From Lophium mytilinum (Eukaryota), in assembly GCA_010093605.1 (NCBI GenBank), contig MU004182.1, positions 1,521,032 to 1,585,031 on the forward strand: DNA of 64,000 bases, in the 5' to 3' direction. This document shows, one piece after another, positions 35,562 through 47,942 of the stretch; the first letter of the stretch is position 1, and each line of letters starts with the position of its first letter. The notes under the pieces were generated by a model, which saw only the letters and a program-made list of their open reading frames with translations, ran no database searches and was not told where the DNA came from. Both the position numbers and the translations under genes were made by a program.

Positions 35562-38500
35562 AATAGTAGCTTAGTACTTTTATTAGAGCTTTATTATAGA
35601 AGCTTACTAGCCTTATATACTATAAGTACTAGGTCTATTATAGCTCTCTAGACTACTATTTTATATCTATTATCTTATCTATAGCTTTAGCTCCGCAGCC
35701 TTTATAAAACCTTAACCTTAATCTAAAAGACATTAATATCTAGCTTATAAGACCTTAACTTTAAGCTCTTATAAGCCCTATTACGTCTATAAGTACTACT
35801 TAACCGGCGTCCTTAACTGCCTATATTAAGGACCTTAGCATTCTATATACTAGTATCTAACTTAACTCTAGAAAGAGCTATATTATTATTAATAACTACC
35901 TAGCAACTACTATACTACAGCCTTCTACTATTAATAACTTTCTAGAACTAGTAGTCTTTTTAGAACCCGCTATCTTTAATAACTTCTAGGCTTTGCTATT
36001 CTATATACTCTTGCCTACGCGGCTTTACCTAGATATAGAAGAGTTTATAGGTTCTAAGAAAGTAGTTCTATAGTTTTAAGAAAACTATATTATTAATAAA
36101 CCCTATCTATCTTTCTTTTAAACTTTCTCTCCTTTATTAACCTCTTTTTTATCTATATCTTCTTTATTATAACGCCGGCGTATAGCTCTTTAACGCCCGC
36201 GTTTAGCTTTTAATACCGGCGTACAGCCCTTTAACACCTGCGTTTAGTTTATTAACGCCCGCGTTTAGTTTATTAACACCTGCATCTATAGCTTATTATA
36301 ACTCTATATTTAGTATAAGTAGCTCTAATACTTTCTTTCTATAGTATACCTATCTAGAGCTGCCTTAGAATATTATCTATTTTAGGTACTAGCTCTACGC
36401 CTTTAAGTATACTAACTCTAGCTAACTTTAAAGCTAGTTACTTAATATAGCCTTTAGAAGCGGTTTCCTTACTTAATTTTCTATTACTAAGTAGCCCTTT
36501 AGCTCTTACTAGATATATCTCTTAGAGTAGCTAATCTTATTCTAAATACTATAGGCTAATATTAGAAACTTTATATAATAGCTTAAATAACGCTAGCTTA
36601 CTATTATAGACTCTTTATATTTAGCTAACTCCGGCCGCATAAACTAAATAGAATAGGTTACCTATAATAAGAACTAGAACCCCCTTCTAATAGCTTTTAA
36701 CGCCGCCTAGCTCTAGTAGCTTAATAATCTTATCTAATAAGCTATCGCCGCTAGCTAAGCTATATAGCTAGGTTCTTCTAGACCTCTAGATTCTTCTAGG
36801 CCTTCTAGAGTAATAGAAGCGCCCGGTAATAGTATAAATAACGCCGGCGGAGGCTTCTAAATTTAAAAGATTAGCTTCTTCTATCTAAAGCTTAAGCCTT
36901 TAGTAGGCCCTATATAAGATAATATTATCTATATAGATAATAATATATATATCTATAATATATATATCTTTATAGAATAAATTAAAAATATTACTATTCT
37001 ATACTTAGAGAATATTATTAAGGCTAAGCTTCTATAATATCTATATAGCAGCGCCCTTATATAGTATATATTAGTAGTTATAGATATAGAGAAAGCTAGA
37101 ATATATTATACTACCCTTAATAATAGCTAGTATAAATCCTTAATCTAATAATTTAAAGAACTTCTTACCTAGTTTTTAATATAACTAACTATAGCCTTCT
37201 ATACCCTTAAAAATATAAAGAACTATTATAGCCTCTTAATATATATCTATAATATTCTAAGAAGTATAAGAGCTATAAATATTAATTATAATAATAGTAC
37301 TAATAGACTTATCTTTATATAGAAGGGTATTAACCCCCTCTTATAAAATAGGCTCTTAGCGCCTACTAACTCTACTACTATCTATAAGTTATCTAGTTGC
37401 TAGAAGCTAAGTATAATAACTAGAGTAATCTTATAGATATCTATCTATAAATAATAGCTAGCTATTAAGCCTAGCCTATAGGCTCTTAAGGTTAGTACTC
37501 TTCTTTACCTTCTTAATAGAATTTCTAGCCGTCTAGTTACCTAAATTAGAACTAGTAGAACTTCTAGTATAGATAGTACTATAGAGGTCTCTTATACTAG
37601 TCTAGTAGTAGCTATTTTAATAGTAACCCCTATCTAAACTCTTATACTCTATAGAATTAACTAAGCGCTTCTATAGCGCTCTTAAGACTAACTCTTCTAC
37701 TAGCTTATTAGCCTCTATAAATTATAAGTAGTAATAAATAGCGCTTACTATAAAACTCTAGAGGCTTAAGAACTTATAAATCTACTAGTAATAACCGCTT
37801 TAGTAAATAGTAGCCTAGGACTTACGCTAATAATACTAATTCTAATACTAATACTAATAACTAGTACTAGAAGAATATCTAAGTAGAAGTTAAAGAATAA
37901 CTAGCCTAGCTTAGGTATCTAGAAGTTAATAAGAGTAGCTACCTTAATAATAGCCTAAATAATAAGCTTAGTACTAAAGACGCCTTAAATATTATAGACG
38001 CCGGTTTTATTAATAGATACCTTACTATCTATAACGCCTATATATTGCCGGCTATCTTATAGCTAAAGAGAGCTTACTAGATATATAAGGCTAACTTTCT
38101 ATCTAATAATACCTTATTTAAATACCTATATTAGAACTACTAGCTAGTCTCTTAATATAAACACGCTATATCTTTAATAGCTACATTTTTAATACCCGCG
38201 TTTTTAGTATCTATATCTTTAACGCCTATACTTATAATGCTAAGCGCTAAAGATATTAATATAGCTACCGGCCTATATAACTCTAATACCTAGAAATCTA
38301 CTAGCGCGCTTACTAAATTTATAAGTAACTGCTATATTACCTCTAATATAAGAAACCTAAAGATTAGATCTAGAATTACCTTCTATAGGTATTACTATAT
38401 TATAATAAAGGCGTTATTAATAAAGCTAGGAGACCTTACTAATATTACCCTAGACTCTAGAAATACTATAACCCTAATTAGTAAGAACTTCTTAGCCTAA

Positions 38501-41500
38501 TAAGGCTACCCCTATAAGCTTCTCTATATAAAATAAACTATTATAGTTTAAGAAGTTAGAAGTAAGCTAATATCTATAAATAAGTTTATAGTTATTACCC
38601 TCTATATTTCTAGATAATAAGAAGTTGCGGTTATCTACTTTAAAGCTTATATTATTAATTACTTATAAGTAAACCTTCTTATTAGTACTAATATACTTAA
38701 TCTAGAGAGTATAATTATTAATCTATAAGTATAATAACTATATATTAGTAGCTACTAGAATCTTAAGGTTTCTATTACTATTTATGCGCGTAGTAATAAT
38801 AGTAACTTCTAAAGAACGCGCTGTATTATCTAGGTAAAGACTATAATAACTATAGCTACTTACTTAGTAGTAGCTATTTCTATTACTATCTAGAAATATT
38901 ATATAGTTACTAATTATAATCTTCTATTTACGCTAGAACGCCTCTCTTATAAGCTAGAGAATAAGAAAGAAGCCTACGCCTACCTTTTAAATATTAACGC
39001 CTTCTTTATATAGGTCTATAATAACTTAAAAGCTATATTTATAATTCTATAAAATACTAGGCTTAGGCTATTAAAGGACTATATTAAGAAAGAAGCCTAT
39101 ATAATTTATCTAGAAGAAAAGCCTCTTATAATACTCCGCGCGCCTCTTTAGTAACTCTAGTCTAGTTAGACGCTAGTGTTTCCGCTTTCTAGAGCTTATA
39201 ATATAGATACCTAGTAGATTAAGAATATTAGAGACCTTATTAATAAGGCACCTACTCTTAATAAGACGCCACCCCCCGTTAATAAAACGCCGCAGCCTAT
39301 TATTAATAAGACGTCCGCGCCCCTTATTAGCTATATTAGTCTAAAGCCCTATTTTAAGTTTAAAGGGCCTTTTAGTATTACTATCTATAGAGCTACTATA
39401 GAAATTACTATATAGATTAGTAGTATTATATAGAATTTTAAACCTATATTTATAGATAATAGAAAGCTAGCTAATATACCTAAGAATTAGTAGCTATAGA
39501 TTTCTCTTATTAATAATCTATTCTCTACTAAGATTATATACCGGGTTTATCCTCTAGAACCTTAAGAATATGCCCTAGTAGATACTAAGTTTAATAAGCT
39601 CTATAAATAGGGTTATATAGAGTAGTTAGAATCTACTTATTTTAGTTTCTCTATTTTTATTATTTAGAGAACTATGCTTATTAACGGCCTCTCTACTAGA
39701 AAGAGATGCGTAGTTATAGATATTTAAGGCCTAAATAGAGCTACTATAAAGAATAGCTACTCTCTTCTATAGTAGAAAGACTTTATAGAGGCGGTCTTAG
39801 GCTATCTATATATCTTAACTATTAATACCGCTTCTTTCTTCTACTAATAGCCTATAGCTTATAATAACTAAGAGAAGTTTATAGTTATCTCTTATTAAGA
39901 TTAGAAATACTTTAATATTACTATAATAGACTACTATAGCTCTCTACTATATATCTAGTAATAAGTTAATTATATTATCTACTAGTATAACCTATACTTT
40001 TATTACGTATATATTAATAATATTATTATTTTTAGCTATATACTTAAAGACTATCTTTAATATCTATAGGCCGTTTTCTTAGTATTACAGGCGTTAAATA
40101 TTACACTTAAGGCCTAAAAGTTCTATCTTAGCTATCTATTACTTATACTACTTAGCTAGAAGGTAAATGCCTTAGAAATAATAATATTATCTAAGAAGCT
40201 AGTAGCTATCTATAAATTAGACTTTTTTAAGATACTTAAGAACCTTAAGCACTATCTAGAACTTATAGGTTAGCTTTAATAGTATATTAGCTACTACGCG
40301 CAGCTATTAGAGGCCTTATAGAGTAAGAAGACCCGGCTACTAAAGACGGCGCCTATTACTAGCTAAGCTAGACTCTATTATACGCAGTTAATAACTATAT
40401 AAGATAAAGTAGATATCTATAACTTATATAAAGCTATATAAAAGGCCTTCTTCTAAAAGAAGATTCTTATTTACTTTAACTCTAAGTAACGCCTCTATAT
40501 AGATATAGACGCCTCTAAAGTATATAGCTTTAGTATTATAGTCTATTATATTATAGGGGACCTACTTCTAGATTAGCTAAAAGATATTAAACGCGGTAAG
40601 ATCTAGCCTATCTTATTCCTTAGTAAGCTCTTATTAGTAGTAGAAAGAAACTACTAGCCTACTAAGCTTAAAGTTACCTATTTTATATAGGCTATCTATT
40701 ATATTTACTATATAATATTATTATCTAAATACTCTATAGTAGTAATTACTAATTATACCGCTACTATAGCTATTATAAGGGCCTCTTCCCTTATAATATT
40801 AGCTACTAATAAGCTTAATATGCGCCTAGTAAGGGCTTCTTAGTACCTTTTATAGTTCTATCTAGATATCCGCTATAGACCTAGATAGCTATATATTATT
40901 CTAGATATACTATTATAACTACCTTTAGTAAATATGCGGCTTAGTAATACTACTTCTAATACTCTTAAGAAGCTAACCTTTAATATTTCTATTCTTAAAC
41001 TTACTAATAACTTCTATAACGCTCTAATTACTATATATAAAGTTAATAAGTAATAGGCTGGAATTTAATTACTAATTATAGAGTTATCTAGCCCTTCTAG
41101 AATACTTTTTATTATCTACTATAACCTACTCTATTACTGCAATATAGCTAATAGACACTTATAACTTTATATTTCTAAGGCTTTAAAGAGGGATATCTTT
41201 AAGAAGTACTATAATACTACCTATACCGGCTTTCTTAGAACTTATAAACGCGTTTAAGCTATATACTATATATAGTATCTAACCTAATATCTAATATAGT
41301 ACTTATAGTACTATATAATTTACTATATTAATAAGACTATATACTATAAGCCTTATAGAGCTTTTATATCTATCTAGTCCCTACTAATTTCTTTCTATAT
41401 AGTCTTCTTAGACTTTATTATTAGCTTACCTAAATCTATAGATAGCTATAACGCTATAGTAATAATTACTTATAAATTTTTAAAGCGTATTATAATAGGG

Positions 41501-43084
41501 CCCGGTAAGAATATATATAATACTAAAGATTAGGCCTATATAGTACTAGATCTTCTTATAGACTAGGGCGTTCTAGTTACTACTATTATAGACTATAATA
41601 CTAAGTTTATTAGCGCCTTCTAGAGAGAAGTCTTTAAATGTCTAGGTACTAAAATTCTAATATTAATAGCCTATTATCCGCGCACTAATAGGTAGTTAGA
41701 ACGCACTAACTAGATAGTAGAGATAGCTCTCTATTTCTACCTATTATAAGGAAATATAGAGTAGCTAGCCTTCTTATCTATACTATAATATCTATTTAAT
41801 AACTCTATTAATTAGTCTACTAGAAAGTCGCCTAATAAAGTTATCTATAGCTTCTAGTTAAATAAAGGCTTACTAGTAATTACTAATAATAATACTCTTA
41901 GAAGACTAGGTATATATAACCTCTTAAATATCTATAACCTATCTAGCCTAACCTAGTTATTACTTACTATATAAGCTCTAAGTTCTATAGATATTAGCTT
42001 TATTAACGCCTATAAAGTTGCTAGGTATAACGCCGCTAATATAATTACCTTTACCGCTACTAGAATAAAGATATAATTTAATATATCTAGAGCTAACCTC
42101 TAGCTATAACCCGGCGACTTAGTATATATATAGCTCTATAAAGGCTTTAAAATTCCCGAATTATACTAGAAGTTTAGCTAATAGTATATAGGCCCTAGAA
42201 TAATTAAGTATAAGGTTAGAAAGAACGCGTATAAACTTAATATACTCTAGAGCTAGAAGATCTATCTAGTTATCTCTATTAAATAGCTAGAACTAGTAAA
42301 CCCTCTAAATCTAGACCCCTATAGCTATATTTATAATAAAAGTATAAAGGTTATAGAGCCTATAGCTATAGAAGATAACTATAATAATAAGACTAGCGCC
42401 TTCTATAAGGTTTATTACTTACTTACTAGGCGCCGTTACTATATTAGATATTTAAAGAAGCTATTTATAAAGTACCTAGTTAAATAGAAAGGCTATAGAC
42501 CTAAATATAATTAGTAGTAATAATAAGAGAATATTAATAAGAACCTTATAAAGGCCTATAATAACGCCTATTAATAGGCTAATTACTATAGCTTAATTAC
42601 TTCTTAAAGCTTAATTACTATAGTATAATTACCCTAAACCTCTATTAATACGCCGTTATTATTAACCCCTATAAACCTATTACTAGAACCCGTAAATACG
42701 CCTATAGAAGCCTATTTTTACCTATACCTCTATTATCTTATCTAGGCAGCGTCTCTTACCCGCCCGTTATTATATTTACCGCCCGCTAATAGCCTTACTA
42801 GTCTATAAAGCTATCTTTAAAGCTTATATTTTATATAAAGCCGCCGTCTTTTATAACTTCTATAAAGCTATTCTTAAAGCTTATAACTTATATAAAGCTA
42901 CTATCTTTATAACTTCTATAAAGCTATCTTTTCTATAACCTTATCTAGAATATAAATATTATATACGCCTATATTACTGCCGCCCTTATTACCTATAACC
43001 TATTCTTATAACCTTATAATTCTAGATATTATTCTCTTAGGTACGCTTATTAAGGATAATAAGGTCTTTTTTATTTAGAGTAGT

Positions 43085-43263
43085 TATTATAGTTATGTAT
43101 ATTAGTAATACTTATATAGAGCTTATAGAGAACTATATATAATATATAGTACGTGCACATTAGCTATATAAGTATAGCCCTTAGTTAGTACTATTCTTAA
43201 GATAGCGCTGTAGCTCTAGCCTAATAGAATACCTTTTACCTCTATATCTTACTTCTTATAATA
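43085..43263 (+). repeat. 3' LTR of Gypsy B
   Basis: Direct repeat of 35383-35561, followed by TSD TTTAT. Confidence 0.93.
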
Positions 43264-46200
43264 TTTATTAGATAAATTATTTATCTTATTATCTATAGGT
43301 AACCTCTTAGTAGTAGAATTATATAGCTTATTCTCTAGTAGTATTTTATTCTTCTTAGGGCGTTCTTATAGGTAAGCTAGGCTAGAGTTATTTAGCTTAT
43401 CTAGCTTAGCTACTAGTTAAGGCGCTTTTCTAGGGCGACCTCTTATATAAACGCGTAGTCTAGAGTTATTTAGCTTATCTAGAGTAGTAGGTAGAGGGTA
43501 TATATATATAACTACTACTAAGTAGATATTATTATTATTATCTAGATAATTAAATTTACTAAAGTTATATATTATCTTAGCTAGTTTAATAGAAGTATAT
43601 TTAAATATATTAGTAAGAATATATATAAGCTTAATAGTATAATATATTTCTAGCTTATAGTTAGATAGTTTTAGTATAACTTATTTTTAATACTTATATC
43701 TATTATCTTCTAGGGCTAGCTTATTACCTAGTTATTAAGTTAGTAGGTTAGGCTTTTTATTCTACTTGCCTGGTTTATATATAATCTTAAAGTTAAACTT
43801 AGCTAGAAACTTAGCCTAGTAAGCTTATTAATAATTAAGGTACTTAGATATTATAAATATTTAGAGGTTCTTATAATCTAAGATAATATTAATAGAACTA
43901 TTATACTCTTATTCTTATCTAGTAAGCTCTAGTCTCTATTCTTTAAAAGTAAGTACTATAGTAAGAAGCTCTTTATTATAGATAGTATAGTTAATCTACT
44001 ATAGTATTATATAATATAATATAAATATAACTAGGTAGAATATTCTATCTAGTTAAACCTAAGAGAGTACTATAGTAGTAGTATAATTAGAGGAGTTATA
44101 TTCTATCTAAGTATTATAATCTAGGTTCTATAGTGCTAGCTATAGAGTAGCGCGGAAATATTCCTTAATATTATAGAAGGCTTTAGCTTTATTACTATTA
44201 TCTAGCTATAGAAACTTAAAACCTTTTTATATAGTAGAGGTTAGCGTTATTAGTAGGGCTATAAACGCGGAGTAGTCTATAATAAAATAATAGTAGAAGT
44301 TATAGAATTTTAAGAAGGCTTAAACATTCTTAAGGTTTTATAGCGTTAGCTAGTTAAGTATAGTTTAGACTTTAGCTAGATCTATTTAAACGCTATTAAC
44401 ACTAATAAGTATACCTAGGTATTTAACTTTATTAATAGTAAATTTGCATTTATAAATATTAAGAAATAGCCTAGCATTATAGAGCTTAGTAATAATTATA
44501 AAAATATACGCCTTATATTCTTCTAGTATATTACTATATATTAGAATATTATCTATATATATAGTATAGAAATTATTAAGATATTTCTATAAGGTATTAT
44601 TAATATAAGTCTAGAAAGAGCTAGGCGCGTTATATAGTCTAAATAGAAGTACTATAAATTTAAATAGTCTCTAGCGCGTAAGAAAGGCTATTTTATACTT
44701 ATTACCTTTCTTAATCTAGAGTGCATTAAATATACTAATAACATCTAGCTTAGTATAATACCTAGCTTTAGCTAGCAACGCAAGCGTGTCCTTAATAAGT
44801 AGTAGTATATTATAACTTTTAATACTAATTTTATTAAGACTATAATAATTAATATAAATATAAAGTCCTTCTTCTAGCTTCTTAATAACTAGCGTAGGTG
44901 CGGCGTATAATAATAAACTAGAATAAATAAAGCCTTTAGCGCGCATTTTATTAATAAAGGCTTTAATAATAGCAGCTTAATTTCTTAAAAGTCTATATAC
45001 TTTCTAGGCAGGCGGCTTAGAGTTAGGGAGGACATTAATTATATAGTCTATTAGTTAATAAGGTAGAAGCTTATTAGCTTTATAGGGATTCTACGCATCT
45101 ACTATATAGTATAGCTAATTAGAAAGTAACTTTTTAATCTCTTTATTAGTAATTAGAGGCCGATTTATCTTCTTAAAGAACTTCTAGTAATTAAAAGAGT
45201 TAATAGTAAAAATATTAGTAGTAAAAGTAGCTATTTATATATTATATAGAATATTATTAAGTTTAGTAAGGCTATATAGGGCTAGGTCTATTTCTAGTAT
45301 AGAGGTATAAGGCGTAGAAGAATAAGTTATAGGTAGAGGCTTTCTACGCTTATATTCTTCTATCTATTATAGCTTTTTCTAATTATTATTCTAGAGTTAA
45401 ATAATATAGTTCTCTTTACTATAGCGCTAGAGCTTTTAGTAGGCTACTATTATATTCTTTACCTTATCTAGTTCTAGGCTAAGTTTTTAATACTTATTAA
45501 AGACTTTCTAAAGTATAGTATTATATATATACTTACCTACTTAAATAATATTATAGTCTTTACTATTACTCTATATATATCTATATCTATCTATATATAG
45601 ATAATAATTATAGTAGAAGTCTTTATTAAAATTAAGGGCGTGCTTACTCTATATAATATTAGGCTTATATTTCTTAAATTATAGTATTTCTAGAATAATA
45701 TTATAGCCTTTAAGGTTAGTAATATAATACTATATATTCTCTATATAAGCTTCTAAGAATAGTATAAGCTAGGCCTTATAGGTTATAAGCTTTATAGGTA
45801 TACTATTAGCTAAGTATAGAGAAATAGAAGTAACTAGTAGTAGTATTATTAGCTTATTAGCTTTAGCGTATAATTATAAGATAAAGGTAAAGTAGAAATA
45901 GCCTATATTAGTAAGATAGTAGCTATTATTTATACTATTAGGTATATAAATTCTATACTTAAAATTTAACTACTTACTATAAGTAATATTTTAGGTTAAG
46001 TTAGTAGAATAAGCTAATAGTTAGATTTCGCCGGGCTTAGAAGGCGGCTATTCTAATTCTTAGATATAGACTATAATAGTACTTAGAAAGAATTCTATAT
46101 AGCTCTATTTATAACTATAGTTAGAGCCTATATAAAACTCTTCCTATTACTAATACTACTATTACTATTACTAAGAATACTAGATAATAAGAGTTTATTA

Positions 46201-47722
46201 GTATAAGTAATAATAGTAAGGTTCTCTCTATTACTATTAATAGATATTAAATTATTAGAACTATTCTTATTAGTATAGTAGATTATAGAGAGCTTAAGCT
46301 TAAGTCTATTCTTAGCTTTAGATAGTTACTTAGTTAGCTTACACTTAAATAGAGGGGGGTTATTAGCATAGGGGCGCTTAGAGTTATTAGCTTAATAACT
46401 CTTCTTAATATAGTAGAAGTAGTAGCCCTTAGTATATAGAACTAATATAACTAATAGAGGAAGGTAAATTATATAATTACCTTAATTACTCTTATTATTA
46501 TAAGGCGTAGATAGCTTTTATCTATAGCTCTACTTAGGGCGGCAGTCTTAGTAGTTATTTAGTTAGTAGTTACTTAAGCGGGTATTACTATAGCTATTAT
46601 AGTTATTACTATACCTATTATAAAAACTAGATAATTAAGTAGGCTAGGTAGTTATATTACACTAGGTATTATTCTAAAAAAAGGCTTTAGCGCGGAATAC
46701 TATAGTAATAAGCGTAGGCTAGTTCTAGTAGCTATTAGTACTACTAAATACTTAGTAGCTAAGATCTAGGCGTAGAAGATACTTAAGCTAGCCTTTCTTA
46801 GAAGTAAAAGGTATCTAGTTCTTATTATTAATATTAGTTATTTCTTTAAAATATAGTATATATATATTCTATAACTTATAGTTCTTTATTTTTATTTTAA
46901 AGCTATAGAGAATATTATCTATATAGATAGGCTTATTAAAGATAGTAAAGTATAGGTCTATATAGGTAAATATCTATTTAAGAGTCTTAAAGTTCTTATT
47001 TAGTAAAAGCTTCTTAAACTAGGTATAGCTATAAATAGTTACTTCTATATAATTAGTATAGTATAACTTAATATATTCTATCTTACTCTACTTATCTAGA
47101 TAGGCTAGTACTTTATATTAGAAGATAGTATAAGTATAGCTCTTCTAAAATAGGTATTAGTATTTATTATTCTTTTCTATAAATTTCTAGAGGTTATAAA
47201 ACTTAGATTTATTATCTCTATAGAGTTATAAGCGCGTAATCTAGGCTATAGCGTTATTATTTATAATAGTAAAGTTATTATAATTAGTATTATTATTATT
47301 ATTATCTTCTAAGTTATAATTTAGGTTGCCTGCGGCGGCGGCGGCTGCAAGGCGTAACTATACGGGCGCTAATAATACTATTTAGTTTACTTTTAAATTA
47401 GTATATTACTTCTTATAGGTAAGACTAAGCTCTTTAAAGTAATTATATTAGGTTTAGAGTTAGTTTAAATTCTATTAGGCTATAGTAATATTCTAATAGA
47501 GGGCGTTAATCTCTAGGCGTACTTTACTAAGCTAGAGAGCTTTATCTTTATAAGCCTTATACTTAGTTATAAATTTTTAGTTATACTTAGTATATACCTT
47601 CTTATTTTCTAATTAAAGACGTGTAATATTCTTATTTAATTAAGTAACCTTAGCTTATAAGCGTAAGATTTAATTAGGGTCTTAAGCTTAGTTATAAAGA
47701 GTAGTTAGTTCTATATCTTAGA

Positions 47723-47942
47723 TATTATAGCTATAATATAACTTCTATTATAATATATTTCTAATATATATAATAGTATTATATACTCTATAGTATATAA
47801 TTACTATTATATAACTAGGCTTAGCGCTAGCCTTGCCTACCTCTTAGCCGGCGCTCCGCGCCCTTCTTTCTTTCTTATAGCTACTTTATCTATATATACT
47901 AATATTAGGTCTTTTCTTATAATTTACTATTATACTATAATA
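47723..47942 (+). repeat. 5' LTR of Gypsy C (220 bp)
   Basis: TATTATAG...CTATAATA ends. Shares a core (CTTAGCGCTAGCCTT.CCTACCTCTTAGC) with the LTR of A. Confidence 0.85.

Larger units (their letters stand above)
35383..43263 (+). mobile_element. Complete Ty3/Gypsy chromovirus relic B (7881 bp) nested in pol of A
   Basis: Two 179-bp direct LTRs; TSD TTTAT at 35378-35382 and 43264-43268. PBS-like AATAGTAGC after the 5' LTR. gag; RT YINNI (YIDDI) ~40010; RNase H DASK and NYWPTELE; integrase; chromodomain YLVKWKGY ~42470. Confidence 0.93.
33221..47722 (-). mobile_element. Ty3/Gypsy chromovirus relic A (3' LTR, pol, most of gag); contains B; interrupted in gag by C
   Basis: Minus-strand order: gag with zinc knuckle (~46400), protease DTG (~45900), RT (track ORF 44716-44946, ...YYTKLDVISIFNAL), RNase H (~44000), integrase (~34100-35300), chromodomain (~33780-33900), purine tract (RC of 33442-33453), LTR. 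Confidence 0.87.

Noticed and set aside
42800..42940. Repeats in the 3' UTR of B (and at 55320 and 60830) as CRISPR-like arrays
   Set aside because: Head-to-tail tandem units without unique spacers, inside eukaryotic retrotransposons, with no cas genes.
44716..44946. Only track ORF in the AT block, as a functional gene
   Set aside because: It is a chance stop-free piece of the RIP-mutated reverse transcriptase of element A.
33221..47942. Inverted repeats read as TIRs of a 14.7-kb DNA transposon or giant mobile element
   Set aside because: Each is an LTR with its own context (PPT for A, downstream gag for C). There is no shared TSD and no transposase or tyrosine recombinase inside.
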